A stretch of 64,000 nt of DNA, taken from the NCBI RefSeq assembly GCF_009914755.1, contig NC_060928.1. One strand, written 5' to 3'. Numbering within the stretch: the stretch's first letter is position 1; each line of letters opens with the position of its first letter. The DNA comes from the human T2T-CHM13v2.0 reference genome, Homo sapiens. The notes beneath the pieces were generated by a model. The model saw only the letters and a list, made by a program, of their open reading frames with translations. It had not been told where the DNA came from and ran no database searches. A program made the translations under genes and the position numbers. Shown piece by piece: positions 15,589 to 33,344 of the stretch.

Positions 15589-16563
15589 TCATGTAGAATT
15601 ATTTAACTACTGCTGGACATTTATTGTGTTTTCAATATTTTTTATTATAAGTAATGTATGAAGAACTGTTTTGTAGCAAAATGTTTGCATATGTCTGTAA
15701 TTGTTTTTTGTTGGTTCAAAGGGGGCCAGTTTAAGGCTTTTCATAGCAGGTTGTCAGAGAGTCATAGATTTTGTTTACTAATACCAACAGATTGTTGATA
15801 GAATGCTTTTCATCATAGGTTTTCTAGAAAGGCTGTGCCAGATTTATGGTTCTGCCACAGTGTTTGAGTGTGGCTGGCATTCCCCACATCAGTGATAACA
15901 CTGGGTATCAACATTCAAAGATGGTTTGCTATATATGGTATCCAGAGCTAAACTTAGATGGGCTACTTCACATTTTTATAGAGTATTGTAGTTTTCTTTT
16001 GAAAAACAATTCTAGGGTGTTCTTTTCTGGTTGAGTGGAAAAAAGAAGTTGCTTGGAAAAGAGCCTTGGTTGTTATGTAGGCTGGAGACTCAGCACTTTT
16101 TTTTTAAGCCACTGTAGTGCTGATTAAGACTGCCATATGATAGTTGCTGGTCTGCACTATCAACAACCAAAAAGTGGGCCAGCTGAGCATATTCGACTCG
16201 AGACTTATGTTTAGCATTGAATTCTGAATATTAAGTGTCAGAAGCCAGCGTGCTGCTATTTATTCCCCTGGACTGTTCCTGGAAGATCATTATTTTTCAT
16301 TGGAATCGACAAGAAGGAGGAAAAAAATTGCAATCAATAAAAGCTTCTTCGAAAAAGGCACATGTTATGTGAGAAAATGATTTCAGCAGCTAGGAGACTT
16401 TTCTGATCGTAGAGGCCGGGAAAAGAAGAAATTCAAGGAGGTCAAAACGCACCCTTGGAGATGCTGAATTGGTGATTAGGAAACGGGGAACATTCTGGAA
16501 AGGAGAACACAGTCTAGGGGAATATGCCCAAATGGGGTCTAGTGATTAGAAAAACCTCGAATG

Positions 16564-16748
16564 CAGTGCTTCCCAAAGTGGGGTCCCTAATCCAGCGTCA
16601 GTATCACCTGGGAACTTTTTAGAAATACATAATTTTCAAGTCGTACTCCAGACCTACTGAATCAGAAACTCTGGAGTGGAACCAGTAATCTGTGTTTTAA
16701 CAGGCCCTCCCGGCAACTCTGATGCACGTGGAAGTCGGGGAGCCACTG
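16564..16748. mobile_element. MER5A-like hAT-Charlie MITE
   Basis: cagtgcttcccaaagtg...cagacctactgaatcagaaactctgg...gagccactg. Confidence 0.75.
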
Positions 16749-16832
16749 TTCTATGGATCGCCTCAGTTCCCAGACCACAAAAGCAGCAGCCTGGATGGGA
16801 TGTGGGCTTGCAGCTCTAGTATTTTACGCTCA

Positions 16833-16949
<117 letters not shown>

Positions 16950-18340
16950 CTAAAACAGGATTGGGAGAGAATAAAAACCCGTCAGAAAAGCCAACAATGG
17001 AAAAGTACCTAGCAGATGCCTTCTCTCATCGGCCCACAAGAACCCCTTGCAAACTCCAAGTGCTAGCCTAATATTTAGAATTCCAAGTCTACGCCCAAGA
17101 GTTATAATTTTTACGGCCTGGTAAGAAGTTTGTTTGTTTGTTTTTAAATAAAGGTGGTGCATGGCAGAATGATAGCAATTACAGTCCCCTGTATACAAAA
17201 AGCACTTAATACATGTTAAATTAAATCAAATCTGAAACAAGAATGCAGCCTAACATGTGAAGTCACTAGTAATGAAAATTCCTTCTGAATAGACATGAGA
17301 TGGTGACTAGGTTTATTTCCATGCACCAATGGTGATTTCTGGAAGAAAAGAGAGCCATGATCAATTAGTGATGTCTGCCGTGGATACAGATTAAGGAAGT
17401 ACATATGTGCCACCTACATGTCATTCCTAGAACAGACTTACATTAAAATTGATATGTAGCATCTAGCCAGTGCTTGGCACATAGAACTGAATAAATGTTG
17501 TTAAATGAATGCATCCACACATTTTTAAAAATTATGTATTAATTATACAACTTTAAGAGCTATATCCTTCTTTGGCTGAATGCATATAGATAGACTGGTA
17601 TAATGTGTGGCTCCCACAAAATGGAAAGGAAGAACAGCACGGAGACTTGTGAGAACAAATGCTAATGTCAAAAGCCAGGAAAATAAGGTTCTTCCAAGCA
17701 TCTAGACGGCTGTAAAACTTCACCCTCAGGAAGAGAAATCAATCTACTTTCCAAGCAGAGAAACCCAGGAGATTTTTCTAATTATAACACTTACAACTAA
17801 CATCTGCAGAAATAGATATTATCAAACTAATGGTGCTGGAATTAGACTAACTAACAGTGGGGAGAATTTAAACATTCTGTCCTTGCAGGGTGACATGAAC
17901 ATGATGGTTTAGACTGTGCCTTCCCAATCTTTGTTTCTTCATCACTCGGAAACCATTTTCTTATGGGTGATTACGACAGAAATAGCATCTGATGAGTGAA
18001 CATGTTATAGAGAAAACGGGTAAGAAACCTAATTGCAAATGGACCAAGGCTATGCAATATGCAAGTCCAGATTCTAGTGGAGAGGCTATACCAGGCGCTA
18101 ACACATCCTGAGTGGGCATGCCTTGCTCAGATAACAGCCACAGAAGGAGCTCTTGCGAAAAGCTGCTTTGGTTTTGTTTGTTGTTTGGGATTTTAATTTG
18201 TACTGGTTACCCCAGTTAAAGCTCTTATTAGACTCTATCTGGGAGGGCAGGCAAGTACTAAAATATCTTTGGCACATAGAAGGGAATTAAAATAGAATGA
18301 CGTTTAGATGCACAATAGTCAATCACCATCACTGTCATCA

Positions 18341-18445
<105 letters not shown>

Positions 18446-19008
18446 CTAGGAGGTGTTTAAGGGCTAAATAAAAAACACACACTGAAGTATAAGGGGAAAA
18501 AACAAAAACCACTTGCCAGAAGAGCTATCTTTTACACATAACACCTTGCCTGCTCACCAGAGAGGAGAAACATGTGCATCTTTGTGACCTTTCCTTAAAT
18601 GAATGCAATCAAGGTCAAACATGCCCAAATCACAGACAACCCACTTTAAAACAGCCCTCGCAGAGATTCCCTAAGGGATATCAACACAGTTTTCACATAA
18701 TTCTCATTAAGATGATTCCACTGGGAAGAGAGGCAGGAAGAGGCGACACCAGACATAACATTAAGTTAGACACACACACACTGAAATTTGCCTCAGGGAA
18801 AAGAAACGGCTAAGGGAATTTCTCAATTCATTTTCTTATTCTTTTCTTTCTCCTTGATGGCAATAACAAGCAACTCTCATGGGTTCCTCGCCCTTCTCAA
18901 CCTACCAAGGAAGGTGTAGGGAAAGAGAAGGGAGATGTGTGCACTGTGTAGGTGTGGGCTGCTTTCCTTTTTCACTTTTGCAACTAATACATGGCATTGA
19001 TGTCATCA

Positions 19009-19317
<309 letters not shown>

Positions 19318-19928
19318 CTAAAACCACAGGGAGAGCCCTTACTCAAGATGTTCCTCAGGCTCCAGCTTTATGGCCAGAGATGGAGCCTCCCACTTGGTTG
19401 ACTGATTTTTAGAGAGTTTATTAACACTACCCGCATGCCCTAAAGCCATAAGCGCCACACACTGAAATACAATAACAGCTAAAAGCGAGGGATGACTTCC
19501 TGCCAGACATTCATTATATTTAAGACAGGAGAGGTGCAGCAGCTTAGAAAACCAGAACTGAACCCTCGCCAACTTCAGGATGCCCTGCAGCTGCCAGTGT
19601 CTTACAAATCCATACTTTTTCAAATCCACTCTAGACCCAGAAATCTTGTTCTGCTCTTCAGTTAGTAAGAGGAAGAAAATGAACTTTAGGCTCTCTTAGT
19701 TGTTACCTAACTAGGGCTCTGCACTTGTTGAGATTTTGCCTAAGAGGCACTGCTCAGCATTTTAGCAGAAACTTGCAAAGTAAGGCCAGTTTGTCACGTG
19801 TTGTTCTCTCCCTGTCTATCCTGGCTAGGAGGAACGTTTCTTGTTGTGTTCAGAACAATGGTACCCAATAGCAGGGAGCAGACCTGCCTGCTGGAGGCCA
19901 GAAACCCAAGAGTCAGCTTGGGACCCTA

Positions 19929-20351
<423 letters not shown>

Positions 20352-20912
20352 TTAAAAATATAGATTGTAGTTAGTGTACACATGCACACACTGTTTAAGG
20401 CCTGGGCACTCTAGGCTGGATGTCTGGTGGAGCACTGCCACTGGGAGGAAACAAACTCTGGTTCCCATTAAAATTTAGCGAAGATTCAAAAATGATAACC
20501 CAATGCTGGAAGATCTGCTGAGATGGGAACTCTCCCACACTCGTAACAATGAGGTGACATTATCAAGAGCCTTAAAAGTGTCCCTACCCAATGATCCAGT
20601 AACTCTACTTTTGAAAATCTGGGCTAAGAATAATCCCAGACTGCTAACTTTAGGAAAAAATGAAAAAATAGATTGCACTGTTATTTAAAGAGTTTAAAAA
20701 AAAAAAACAAAAAAAAACCAACTAGAAACAATGTCTAACAATAGTGGAATGTTTAGCAAACTACAGTGCAACCAACCAAGTGGCTAATTTGCAGCTGTCT
20801 GAAATGAGGCTTATGTGAACTAGGTAACACCAGATAACAAGTCTATGATGCCATGTTAAGTGGGGGAAAAAAGAATACTAACGTTTCTATGCAGTATGAC
20901 TAAAATTATACT

Positions 20913-21395
<483 letters not shown>

Positions 21396-22272
21396 TTTAC
21401 TTTCTAACTTTTAAAATCTTCATTCACTGCATGAATTTCATAATATGCCTTTATTTATGTTTTAATATCCTCAGGAATAAAATTGCAGTCTTCCAAAACA
21501 TAATTTTCCAAAAGATCCCTGAAGAACCCATAGCTTTCCTGGACTCCAGAGCCAAGACCCACCTGCAGCTCCAAACCTTCCAGGTGGGGCTGCAATGGAA
21601 ACTGTGTGAGAGGCCCAAGAAGGCCCCAGTGGTCTCAGAGCATCCCCTATCTGCCCATCACAACTCCAAGGATTGCCACTGAAGAGTGACTTTCAAAAGT
21701 TATGGCAGCACTTTCCAGTGTTTCTTTTATGGAGGTTTTAAGTCTGATTCCACACCTCCCCGTAGGGCAGATGTGGATGGGTTTCATATATGAATGGGAT
21801 CCTGGGGACAGTTTTTCACTGTCACACAGATCCGACCCAGCCAGGAGTGCCCGTGGGGGACAATCTCTTCCTTGTTCCTGCATGAATCTTAAGGGATTCG
21901 TTGCCAGTCGAGAAAATGGCTTAATTTTCAGAGTCTCTGAAGGATTTATGGGCAGGTGAGAGATAGGAAGTTAATTTAAGCCAAGGGAGAATATTAACTA
22001 AATTGAAATAATAAATAACAGCAAGGAACTTTGAAAGAAATGATGACTAAAGAAAAGTAAAGTGCATTTTCAAATGACACTTACTTTGGGTCCTTATTTG
22101 AAAACTACTCAGTTGAACTCAACAAATATTTACTGTGTCCCTACCAAGAGCAAAAGCACCATTGGGACTGGGTGGACAGTGTCCCAGGCAGGTGGAACAG
22201 ACCGTGCAAAGGCAGGCAGAAGATGCAGGACGCTTAGATGTGCAGATGGCTGCACTTGCTGGAATCTGGTTA

Positions 22273-22908
22273 TAAGCGATCCTCATTATCCATGGATTCT
22301 GTATTTGTGAATCTGCCTACTTGCTGAAATTTATTTTTAACCCCAAAATCAATATTTGCAGTGCTTTCATGGTCATTGTCAGACATGCAGAGAGTGGCAA
22401 AAAATTACAGTCACCCGACACACACGTTCCCACGGAGGTCAAACAAGGCCACATTCTGCCTTCTTGTTTCAGCCCTTGGATTGTAAACAAATGTCCTTTT
22501 CATGATCTAGTGAGCGTCCCACATTTGTCACATTTTTGTGCTTTTCACTGGTGACTTTGCTGTTTCATGTGGCCCCCACGCATAGTGCCAAAGTGCTGGA
22601 AGTGCTTGCACTTAGTGTTATCAGTGCAAGAAGGCTGTGAAGTGCCTTATGGAGACAATATGAGTGTTAGAGAAACTTCCTCCAGGCATGAGTGACAGTG
22701 CTGTTGAACTCAGTTCAATGTTCATGAATTAACTGTATATGTCAAATAAGGTGATGTTAAACAGAGACACACATAAAACAAGGTTATGATTGATCAGTTG
22801 ACAAAAATGTTGTGACCAGAGGCTTCCAGGAACCTAACCCTGCATTTCTTCTAGGAGCAATGGTTCAGTATTCACTAATCCAGTAGTTGGCAGTGACTTC
22901 ACAGAACA
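22273..22908. mobile_element. Tigger-family non-autonomous DNA transposon (MER82-like)
   Basis: tgtgaccagaggcttccaggaacctaaccctgcatttcttctaggagcaatggttcagtattcactaat near one end; ~640 bp. Confidence 0.6.
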
Positions 22909-25900
22909 AATTTGTAGCAAAACTGGTCATTCCACTGAAAGCTGATATGCAAAAACTCTATCACATCACACAACTCTTGGCTTGGGACATCAGAACTCCA
23001 AAAGTGGATACACAGGAAGGCAAACGACAAGCCAAACAAAACAATGTCTATCAGATCTGAGGGTCTAGGAACAAGAAAACTCCTGCCTTTCAGTATGAGG
23101 CCAACAGGAGGCTCAGGTCGTGTCTTCAAAAGCAGGGTATTTTTCTTGGTCTATAAAAAGCCATACTGACAGCCTGAACTTTAAGTTATAAAACACTGTG
23201 GTTTTCCATTCCCAATATGCTTCACTGAGCACTTAATTTAGAATTGCACAATTATGTTTGCTTAATGCCAATTAATTATTAAACATGTTTATTGAGGTCT
23301 GACAGCCATATAAGAGTCATCTTTTATATATTGGATGCCTGTTAAGCTTCAATAAATATGTTAACAATCATTTGGTGTTTAATGTGCATACAATATCGGC
23401 TGTTAAATCTCAGGGCTGGACTGGTTGAAACACTTATTTTTAAAAGTGAGGCCCAAGTTGGTAATAGCTGGATCATTAGTTGTGTCTGAAGCTTAAGTGC
23501 AGTCAGCTGAGGGGGTCTAAGGACGTCACCGCAGAGGAGATGGCAGAGCCCCAGGGAGAAGGCTCCTGCCTTCCGAGCTGACAGCTGGTGTGCACTGGAG
23601 TTGGCCCACCTAGGGCCTGCATCCTGGCCCCACAGTCTGTGAGCTGTGCAACCTCAGGACTTGTCTGAACTTCTTGGAGTCTCAGTATCCTTCTCTGCAA
23701 AAACACAGCAGTAAAAGTGTAGGCATGAAGTGAGAGAGTGGGGTTGAGTTAAATGAACACTGAACTCAGGGGAGTTCAAATAGTCATATATATGAGTCTG
23801 GGGATTAAAAAGAGGAGGAAAGAGAGGATGAGAGAGAAATAAACCAAAACATTGGGTGATTCTCCCAATTCCTATGCTCAATATCCCTGCTGGAGAGTGA
23901 GGGGTGACAGTGACTGATAATATATTTATGCAAAGTCACACTATTCTATTTTTACATAATACCGCTATTCCAAAGCATACATACACCATGCAAGTTTTGG
24001 ACAATTTCAAAGGACCATCAGGGGGAATTCTGGCTACATACAAGTTTCTGCCTCTTACATGCTGACTTCAGAACCTAACCCTAAGTAAGAAAAGATGGGA
24101 CTTCTCTTTGATACTTAGCACAGGCCCTGGAGCATATAATGTGTTTAATAAGTAAATAATAAATGTTAGGGACTCTTGTGATTATTGTAATTATCATCCT
24201 CCTCCTCCTCCATGTATGTTTCCCCACACAGAAGCCCACGAGGGAAGTCCCACCTTTCTTCTAAGCTGGAGAAAGCAGAGCTCCCGAGCCAACCTTATCT
24301 ATGTAGTGCAGGCAAATGATGTTGATTTTCCACCTTGGAAAATGGCTATGAAGCAACCGCTCAGGACACTTAATTTCCTCAAACAGGGCCATCAAAACTG
24401 CACAGCCAGCCTCCCTGTGCCAACCCACAAAGTGGATCAGTGCCTTGCACAGCACCCGCGCCGCCACCAATAGACGCATTCAGTTGCTGATTTAGATAGA
24501 AATAAATGTTTATGAATGAATTATGGGTGTGAGTCGTCAGCTTGCGGATGAGGTGCAGCTGCAGCTGGGAAGTGGCTGAGGGACATGGCTGCAAAACAAA
24601 GTGGTAAAACGGCTTCTGGGTGTCCTGCCCCCAACTCTGCCAAGGGCCTGCTCAGTCTGTCCTCCATGAAGCCTGTCCAGGCCTCCCAAGTCAGAATGAC
24701 TTGCTCCTTCCTTGATCTCTTCTTAGCCTTCGTCTCTCACAGTCCTCAACATTCTCTACCTCATCCTATTTTCATTTACCTGAATCTGTTTTACCCAACA
24801 GTGAGAGGCAGCCAGTTGCAGGAGCAGCTATTTTCCGGGTGTCATCTCCGTTCAGATCCAGCTTCTGCTAATCCTAGCTATGTGCCCTTGGCAAGCTTCT
24901 AACCCTGGTGGGCTACATGTGACTTGTTTAAAAAAAAAAAATGGATAAAATCTATCTTGCAGACAGGACAGCCATGTATGGCTGCCCAGGCTGTGCACTG
25001 CACAATTCCATCTGTGGAGATCACTTTACCACAATAGGAAGATACAATGCAATGATCACTGTCCATGTAACTTCATGAGCTTTCAAAGTGCAATCCCCAG
25101 TTACAGTTGGTATAGTTACAATTCTTACACAGTAGCTGTCAATTTGCCAGAGCTATCGAGAGGGTCAGATGAAAGAATCATTAACAGGAAGTGGATGCTA
25201 GCCCTTTCTTGCCCCCAGTCCCCGTGTACTGCTGCAGATAGCACACCTGGGGAGAGGTCAGCACCAAAAGGCATTTATTAAACATTCATCCGGAGTGGCA
25301 CTGTACTGGGCAACTCAAAAACAAGACCCTGCCTATTATTTCTTTACTTTTCCTGTTAGTTTCCTCCACATCCTCTCCAAATGCCCCCTGACCTTTTGCA
25401 AATACCTTCAAAAAAACTGGACATGAGAGATTAAAAAGGCTCCAAGTGGGCCACCTATTGTGTACACCAGAGTCCAAATTCCTAGATTTATATGACATTC
25501 CAGTTTTAGTTTCAAACAAAATAATTTGTCACTTAAAACAAAGCAAATCAAAACAGTAGTTTTCATCCTCCTACCCTGGAGATCAACACGCACACACTCA
25601 ATAGTGTGTATACGGATGTCTCCCAGTTAACAAGCTCCCAATGCAGTCCAAGCGAGCAGTGTGCTAGCAGCTTTCCTTAGACCACTGACAGATACCCCCA
25701 AGTGGCACTTCACAGCACTGAGATCCGCATAGAGCCTCTACTAGGGCTGAAGAGGCACAATATGACCTGCTCCTACCTGCCTCCTGACCCCATTTCTAAC
25801 CATCCCCCTATGTCTGTGCTCCAGCCATGCCGGCTTCCCTCCCTTGTCCGAAACATGCCACTCTCATGTCTGTCCCTGGGCCTTTGCACTTCCTCTGCCT

Positions 25901-26408
25901 TTGGAAGAGCCCACTCACAGGTCTGTCCAGAACCCGCTTCTTTTGTCTCATTCAGGTCAGATCAAATCTCCCCTCTCTGAGAAGCCTTCTCTGCACATTA
26001 TCACTAGAGGCATTCATCCCCAAGCCACTCTCAATCCACACTGCCCTGCCTCTCTGTCTTCATCATACTTACCAGAAATAATCGCGTTCATCTGCTTGTG
26101 TCTACCCCACTTCAGCTCCATCATGGCATGAACCTTGCTTGTCATATGCACTGAAACACCTTGTCCTCCACAACCGTGTCTGGCTAACCATAGCCCGTCC
26201 TCAAATGCTTCTTAGATCTATTAAATAGGAAGCCTTCATTCTGTGCTCCCCACAACTCTCAGAGGCAGACATTGTCATCTCCTCTTTACAGTAGCGAGAA
26301 CCCCCTGAGAGGTTGGCACATGGCTCTGAGGCCAGTGTTAACTGGCCAAAAGCTTCAGGTTGAGGGCACTGTGGCCCACTGGGAACCATGTACAAATCAA
26401 TGGGCCGG

Positions 26409-26722
<314 letters not shown>

Positions 26723-27363
26723 AATCAGTGGCCCACAGTGCCCTGGGCCCAAAGCTTTTGGCCAGGTAACACTTAGCACTAATGTGCCATGCCATGCACT
26801 ATCCTAGGTGCTGATCCCCATTCACCCATTTAAGTCCACCAAGCACCCTTGGCAGGTATTGTTGCTATCCTTATTTGCACATGAGAAGCTGAGACATAGA
26901 GAAGTGGAGGAACTTGCCTATGTCACAAATCTTATAAATGGCAGTCAGGAATTGAGCCCGGCAGTTCAGGGCTCTGAAGTCTATGCTGCGTTGCCTCTCT
27001 TCACAACCGTGGCAACAATACCTGCACAGCAGCTCCCCTGGAGAATGTGCTCTATGTCAAGTGCTTTATAGAACTTTCTTTATTTAATCCTCACAAAAGG
27101 CAAACGGCATGCCTTCCCGCACCAAGCCCCTGACACCCTAAGCTCGCTCCCCTCACAGGGTCTTTGGACTTCACACCCCATGTCCCTATATCTGACCCTT
27201 CCCACCACACTTCCTTCAGGGCTCTGTGTCACGCACATGCGCAGAGGGCCTTCCCTGACCACCTGATACAAACAGCATCCCTGCCCCACCTGGGCTGCAC
27301 TCTCTAGCCCCTTATCCTGCTTTAGTTTTTTACTTAGCACGTATCACCTCCTGACATATTATA

Positions 27364-27520
27364 CCGCAGTTCATCAAATATAAGACTCCATCAACTTTAA
27401 GAGCCACCACTGTGCACCTCTAAAAAGAATAAAAAGTGCCAGTCGTAACTACACAATACCGACTGTACCAGAGATGTCCAAATGTGAAAAACTGTGCATC
27501 TTGGAATCTGTGAAATATGA
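27364..27520. mobile_element. MER104-like Tc2 MITE relic
   Basis: degenerate TIRs ccgcagttcatcaaatataagac ... catcttggaatctgtgaaatatg. Confidence 0.45.
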
Positions 27521-29890
27521 TTTATTTGCTTACTGTCCATCTGCCTCCACTAGAACGAAACTCCCATGGGAGCAGGGACTCATTGATATTGTTTGCTGTT
27601 AGCCCTAGACCAGTCTGTCCTCAACAAATACATGTTGAAATGAATTGACCGAACCAGCCTCCATGAGGCAAGTACTACTGCTATCCCCATTGTACAGATG
27701 AGAACAACTAAGGCACGAAGAAGTCAAGCAATTGTCCCAAGATTACACAGCTAAGAAGCCCCTGAATCACTGTCAGATAGTTCAGCACATGTTGCTCCCA
27801 GAGCCAAAATCTTTAGTGTCCCATCAAGCAGTTTTAAAGAAGCTCTGATTTATTTTCATTTTAGTGTGTAATTTGGATATGGTGTATGATAAAATAAGTC
27901 TTGGGCAGAGATATCTTTCAGAATCAGTTCTCCACTAGGAAGTGTAATTATGTCCACAGTCTATGGGATGAATATCTGAAAACCATGCTGTTTTGGTCAC
28001 GTGGTCTACCCAGACTATGAGCTCATGTAAGCCATGACAGGCTCAAATGAGGTATCGGAAGACCAAGTGTATCCAATTCACTTATGAATAAAACATTAGA
28101 CACTGCTGAACTAGACTGGCCGCTTGCTGGACTCGCTGAGCATTGCCTATAGTTCATAATCAAGATCCCAGGTAGAGCAAGACATGATAGGGCAGGGAGG
28201 TGGGGTGCGGTGAAGGGCCCTTCTCACTCATTGTAATTCCTCATAATTAATTTCTATAGTGCCCCAAGGCGAGAGCTTTTCATTAGAGTGCCATCTTTAC
28301 TTCAGTTTCTTGCAGGCTAGGACATCTCTCTGCTCCTTTTGAAGCATAAAGTGAAACAGCTTCCAAAGAGCTCTCTGATCCCTCATCCTGGACCATGACA
28401 AACATCCACAGCTGAGCACTCCTTTTTAACGAAGTGTACCTTAATTAGTCACTTGCACACTCATTGGTCTGTCTTTATTGGCCTGTAGCTGTATCTTAAT
28501 TGGTTTGCTCACCAAATTCATCCAAAAGTCCCACGTCAATAGAGGTATGTTCACAGAAGGTCTCTATCATTTCACGGCACCAATGACAGATAAAACAGAG
28601 GTACCTAAAGACCTTCAGCTGGTATAACATAAAGCTCATTATTAAGGGCAAAACCCTGTGTTTATGCAATATCACAACAGCTAAATTTAAATTTGCCAGC
28701 AGGGGCCCAGGAAGTGTAAATGTGTGACATTGGTAGGAGCATTTGCCTACCGCAAACTTCCTTGCTTTTGAATACATCGCACTGTATTATTGGTCCTCTG
28801 CATGAAAGTACCATAATCTTTAAAGTAAACAGACAAGAAGACCAACTGCCATCTGTCCCAGTGGGAACATGAATTGCCGCTTCTGGCATATCCTATTAGG
28901 TGCTTATTCCACAAGGAGCACACAAAATGCAAGAAAGTTCCCAGGAGCTTGGCACCAAAGCAATAATGCTTGATGCTGGCGAAGTCGAGGCTGGTGATCA
29001 GGAGGGCTGACTTTTGGGGATCCATCTGCCACATGCCAGGTGTCTCACCAGGATCATTGTCTCTACTTGGGGGGACACATCTAGTTCACTGGAAATAGCT
29101 GATCAATAGAGAGGAAGATCTTAAGATTTCTGGTGGAATTCTTGCACAAGTGGATTCTAAGTCAATATGGGCGCATGTTATGCTAAAGACAACAGCAACA
29201 CTTACCCTCTGTTAAGTGCTTGCTAGGTGGTATGCACCATGCAACACCCTTTACAAACGATATTGCATGCAAGTCCATCCCTAAATCATTAAATCTCATT
29301 GTCCTGTTCTCTTTTCTTCTCAGACTAAGCACTGTCTGATGAAATTACTTACGTATTTTATTTTCTTATTATCTACTCCCCAACTAGAATATCAGTACCA
29401 TGGGAGCTAGTACCCTGTCTTTCTTATCCTTTGATGTGTCCTCAGCTGCTTTGATGTGTCCTCAGATGCTAGAAAGTTAATTAGCATGTAGGAAGTCCCC
29501 AATTATGTGGGGACTAAATGATGTGGTGAATAAATGATTAAACAATTCGATGAGAGGCATTATTATTGCCACTTTACAGATGAGGAAACTGAGGCCTGGA
29601 GAGAAAACTGACTTGCCAAAGGCCACAGACAATAACTGGCAGAACGAGAACATAAACCTGGGTCTGACAATCTTAAAAGGTGGACCTCTTGGGCTGCACT
29701 ACACTGCTCCACTTCACAGAGACAGGCTGGAGCTATCTTTTCCTAGAGTCCAAATATTTCCAAGTTCAGTGACTTCACTTTGGTAACCTGACATTTGTCA
29801 TGGTACCAGTATTTATCACACAGACATTGGCAAAATGTTACAAGTCAGGCTTCTTTCAAATAGCTGGTTCAGGAGCACACCTCAGGGTAT

Positions 29891-30926
<1,036 letters not shown>

Positions 30927-33174
30927 TCTTTGTGATTCCAATGTCCTCTGCTAGTTCTGCTGTTTGACCTACTAATCCTTAAATTCTCCGAGACCCCTTT
31001 TTTCCTCCTGATCCCCTTTCCCTGAATCCACTCTTTTCTTAACGCCCAGAAGAGGAAGCAGGCCAACCTCTGCGGCAGACCAAGGGGAGCTGCCACTGTC
31101 TCTGTGGCCCCAGCACTGCCTGAGTCTTTCCTCATTCCTTATAGACTGACACTCTGAGAGCCCTGGGCAACGTGCAAAGCTTTTCGAGGGTAATGCGTGG
31201 CTTTGTGAGCCCTCCTTTTCCCAGAGGGCTCCTCTAACCTTGTTAATCTTTAAGAACTGTAATTTTTAAGGAAGGGGATGGTATCCAGTAGGTTTCCCTT
31301 TTCACATCTCTCATCTGGTTTGGCTTGGAAGTTTGTGTTAGTTTGGGAGCCTAAGAAATTCCTGCGCACTGGACAGAGATAGCAGGAGGTAATCAATCAC
31401 ACAGGCTCCCCCCATCACAGGACGCCCATGTTGGCACAAGAACGCTGCCCCCTGCCCCATGTGAGAGCTAAGCTGCTTGGAAGCCAGGGTGGCAACAAAT
31501 CTTTCAGGAGGCTATTTGGAAATGCTTTATGGCCCATAGGGTTACAAGGCTCTAGCTGAACAAATGGAAAAATTAGTCTACCCTAAAATATCCAAGGCAA
31601 GTAATTTCCTATCACCTTGTTTTTCAAACGTACTTAACATCTAGAATCTGGGCTTCCCAAAATATAGATAAGGGTCATCAGTTAAAATGGCAACTCAGAG
31701 ATAAAAATCTTCCACTTTAACAGTCACTCATAAAATGACGCCATCAGCCCTGCTGTTTGGCCTCAGAGTTAGGCGTCCAAAAACAGCAATTATTAAGTAT
31801 TCTTGAATTTAACAGACTTCAACCAGTCAAGGAGCAGGACACTTATCCCTTGTCCCCCAAGGCTCAGCAACTGACCCTCTGCTCTCTCCACAGAAGCTTC
31901 TCAAATACATGTATCTGGGGTTAGTCCCCCCTCTGTTGGGACAGTTTGCTTTTCTGGTTCCTTTCTCCAAATTTCTAAACTACTTCTTACTCCACAAAGT
32001 ACTGATGACAACCAGATGGTAGTTGGTCTGTTTATTTCTTGCATACTTTTTTTTTCTTTTTCTCTTACTCTTCCTTGAATCATTTTGCTCTTCTTTTTGT
32101 TCCCTTTATTCATTCATTTCATTCATTCATTTATTCCATTCCATTCCTTCAATAGAGATTATATAATACCTACCTATCAAGAACTAAGAATGCTAATTTA
32201 TAGGATACAGATGGAAATTCGGCCCTCAAAGAGCTTCCCCTTGGGGCTGTCGGTGCCACGCAAGTGAGAAGCAGAGGGGCAGAGCAGGACATTGCAGGTT
32301 GCACAGGACTGACACCTAAGAGCTGGAGAAGGCTGCATTTGACTTATGACCTGGGAGAGGAGCAGAGCTTGCAGGGGAAGTAAAGGGGAAGAGTATTCCA
32401 GATTGAGCAAACAGCAGGCACAAAGGTCCTGTGGCCACAGGCAGTGTAGCACAGCAAAGGGGCTGAAATTAGTGCTCCAGGGCTCAAGTAAGGGTGACCA
32501 GGAGCAAGGATGTGGCTGCAGAAATGAGTAGGGGTCAGATCATGGGGGCCTAGCACACCATGATCATGGAGGCCTAGGCACCAGGAGGTAGAACTGAATG
32601 CAGAAAGTGATGGAAGAGTTGGAGTAGAAAGTGCCATAATTAATTCAAAAAAAATTGAAGGTTTAACTCATTCTCTACCACACAGTCACAGTTACCTGGG
32701 AACGGGGGCTTCTGAGGTTCTCAAGAAAGCCTGGTGCCATTATGGAATGAGTAATCTGGCCTCTGGTGGGGGTTGGGGGAAGGATGATCATGACTCACAT
32801 GAGCCTGAAAATAAACCAGCCCTGTAACTTTAGAGGCAAATGAGAATAAATGGAATCTCTGGGGCTTACTGCAGTTAGACTTTTTTTTTTTTAGGGAGAG
32901 AGGCCAGATACTGAAATGGGGAGGTTTGCTGAACAATAGAACATCTTCCCCTGCCCCTTTTGGCAGGCAAATTTCTTTACAGGCCATGAATAGCAGTCAC
33001 TAAATTCTAAACCTAAGGTGAGAAGACAAAGTTTGATAAATGTGCCCAGGTACTGGAATAAAGACTCAGAGAGCATGCAGATCAGAAAGTTCAGACTGTG
33101 ACCACCTGTGCTCAGTGTTACACACATAAACATGCTCTCTCACACACACTAACACACTCACACACATGCCCTCC

Positions 33175-33344
33175 TTTTCTTTTCTTTCTTTTTGAAAGAG
33201 ATGGGGTCTCATTCTGTCATCCATGCTAGAGTGCACTGGCATGATCATGGTTCTCTGTAGCCTCAACCTTCTGGGCTCAAACAATCCTCCGGCCTCAGCC
33301 TCCTGAGTAGCTGGGACTACAAGCGCGTGCCACCACGCCTGGCT
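33175..33344 (-). mobile_element. Alu right monomer (FRAM/AluJ)
   Basis: single diverged Alu arm with T tract. Confidence 0.85.
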
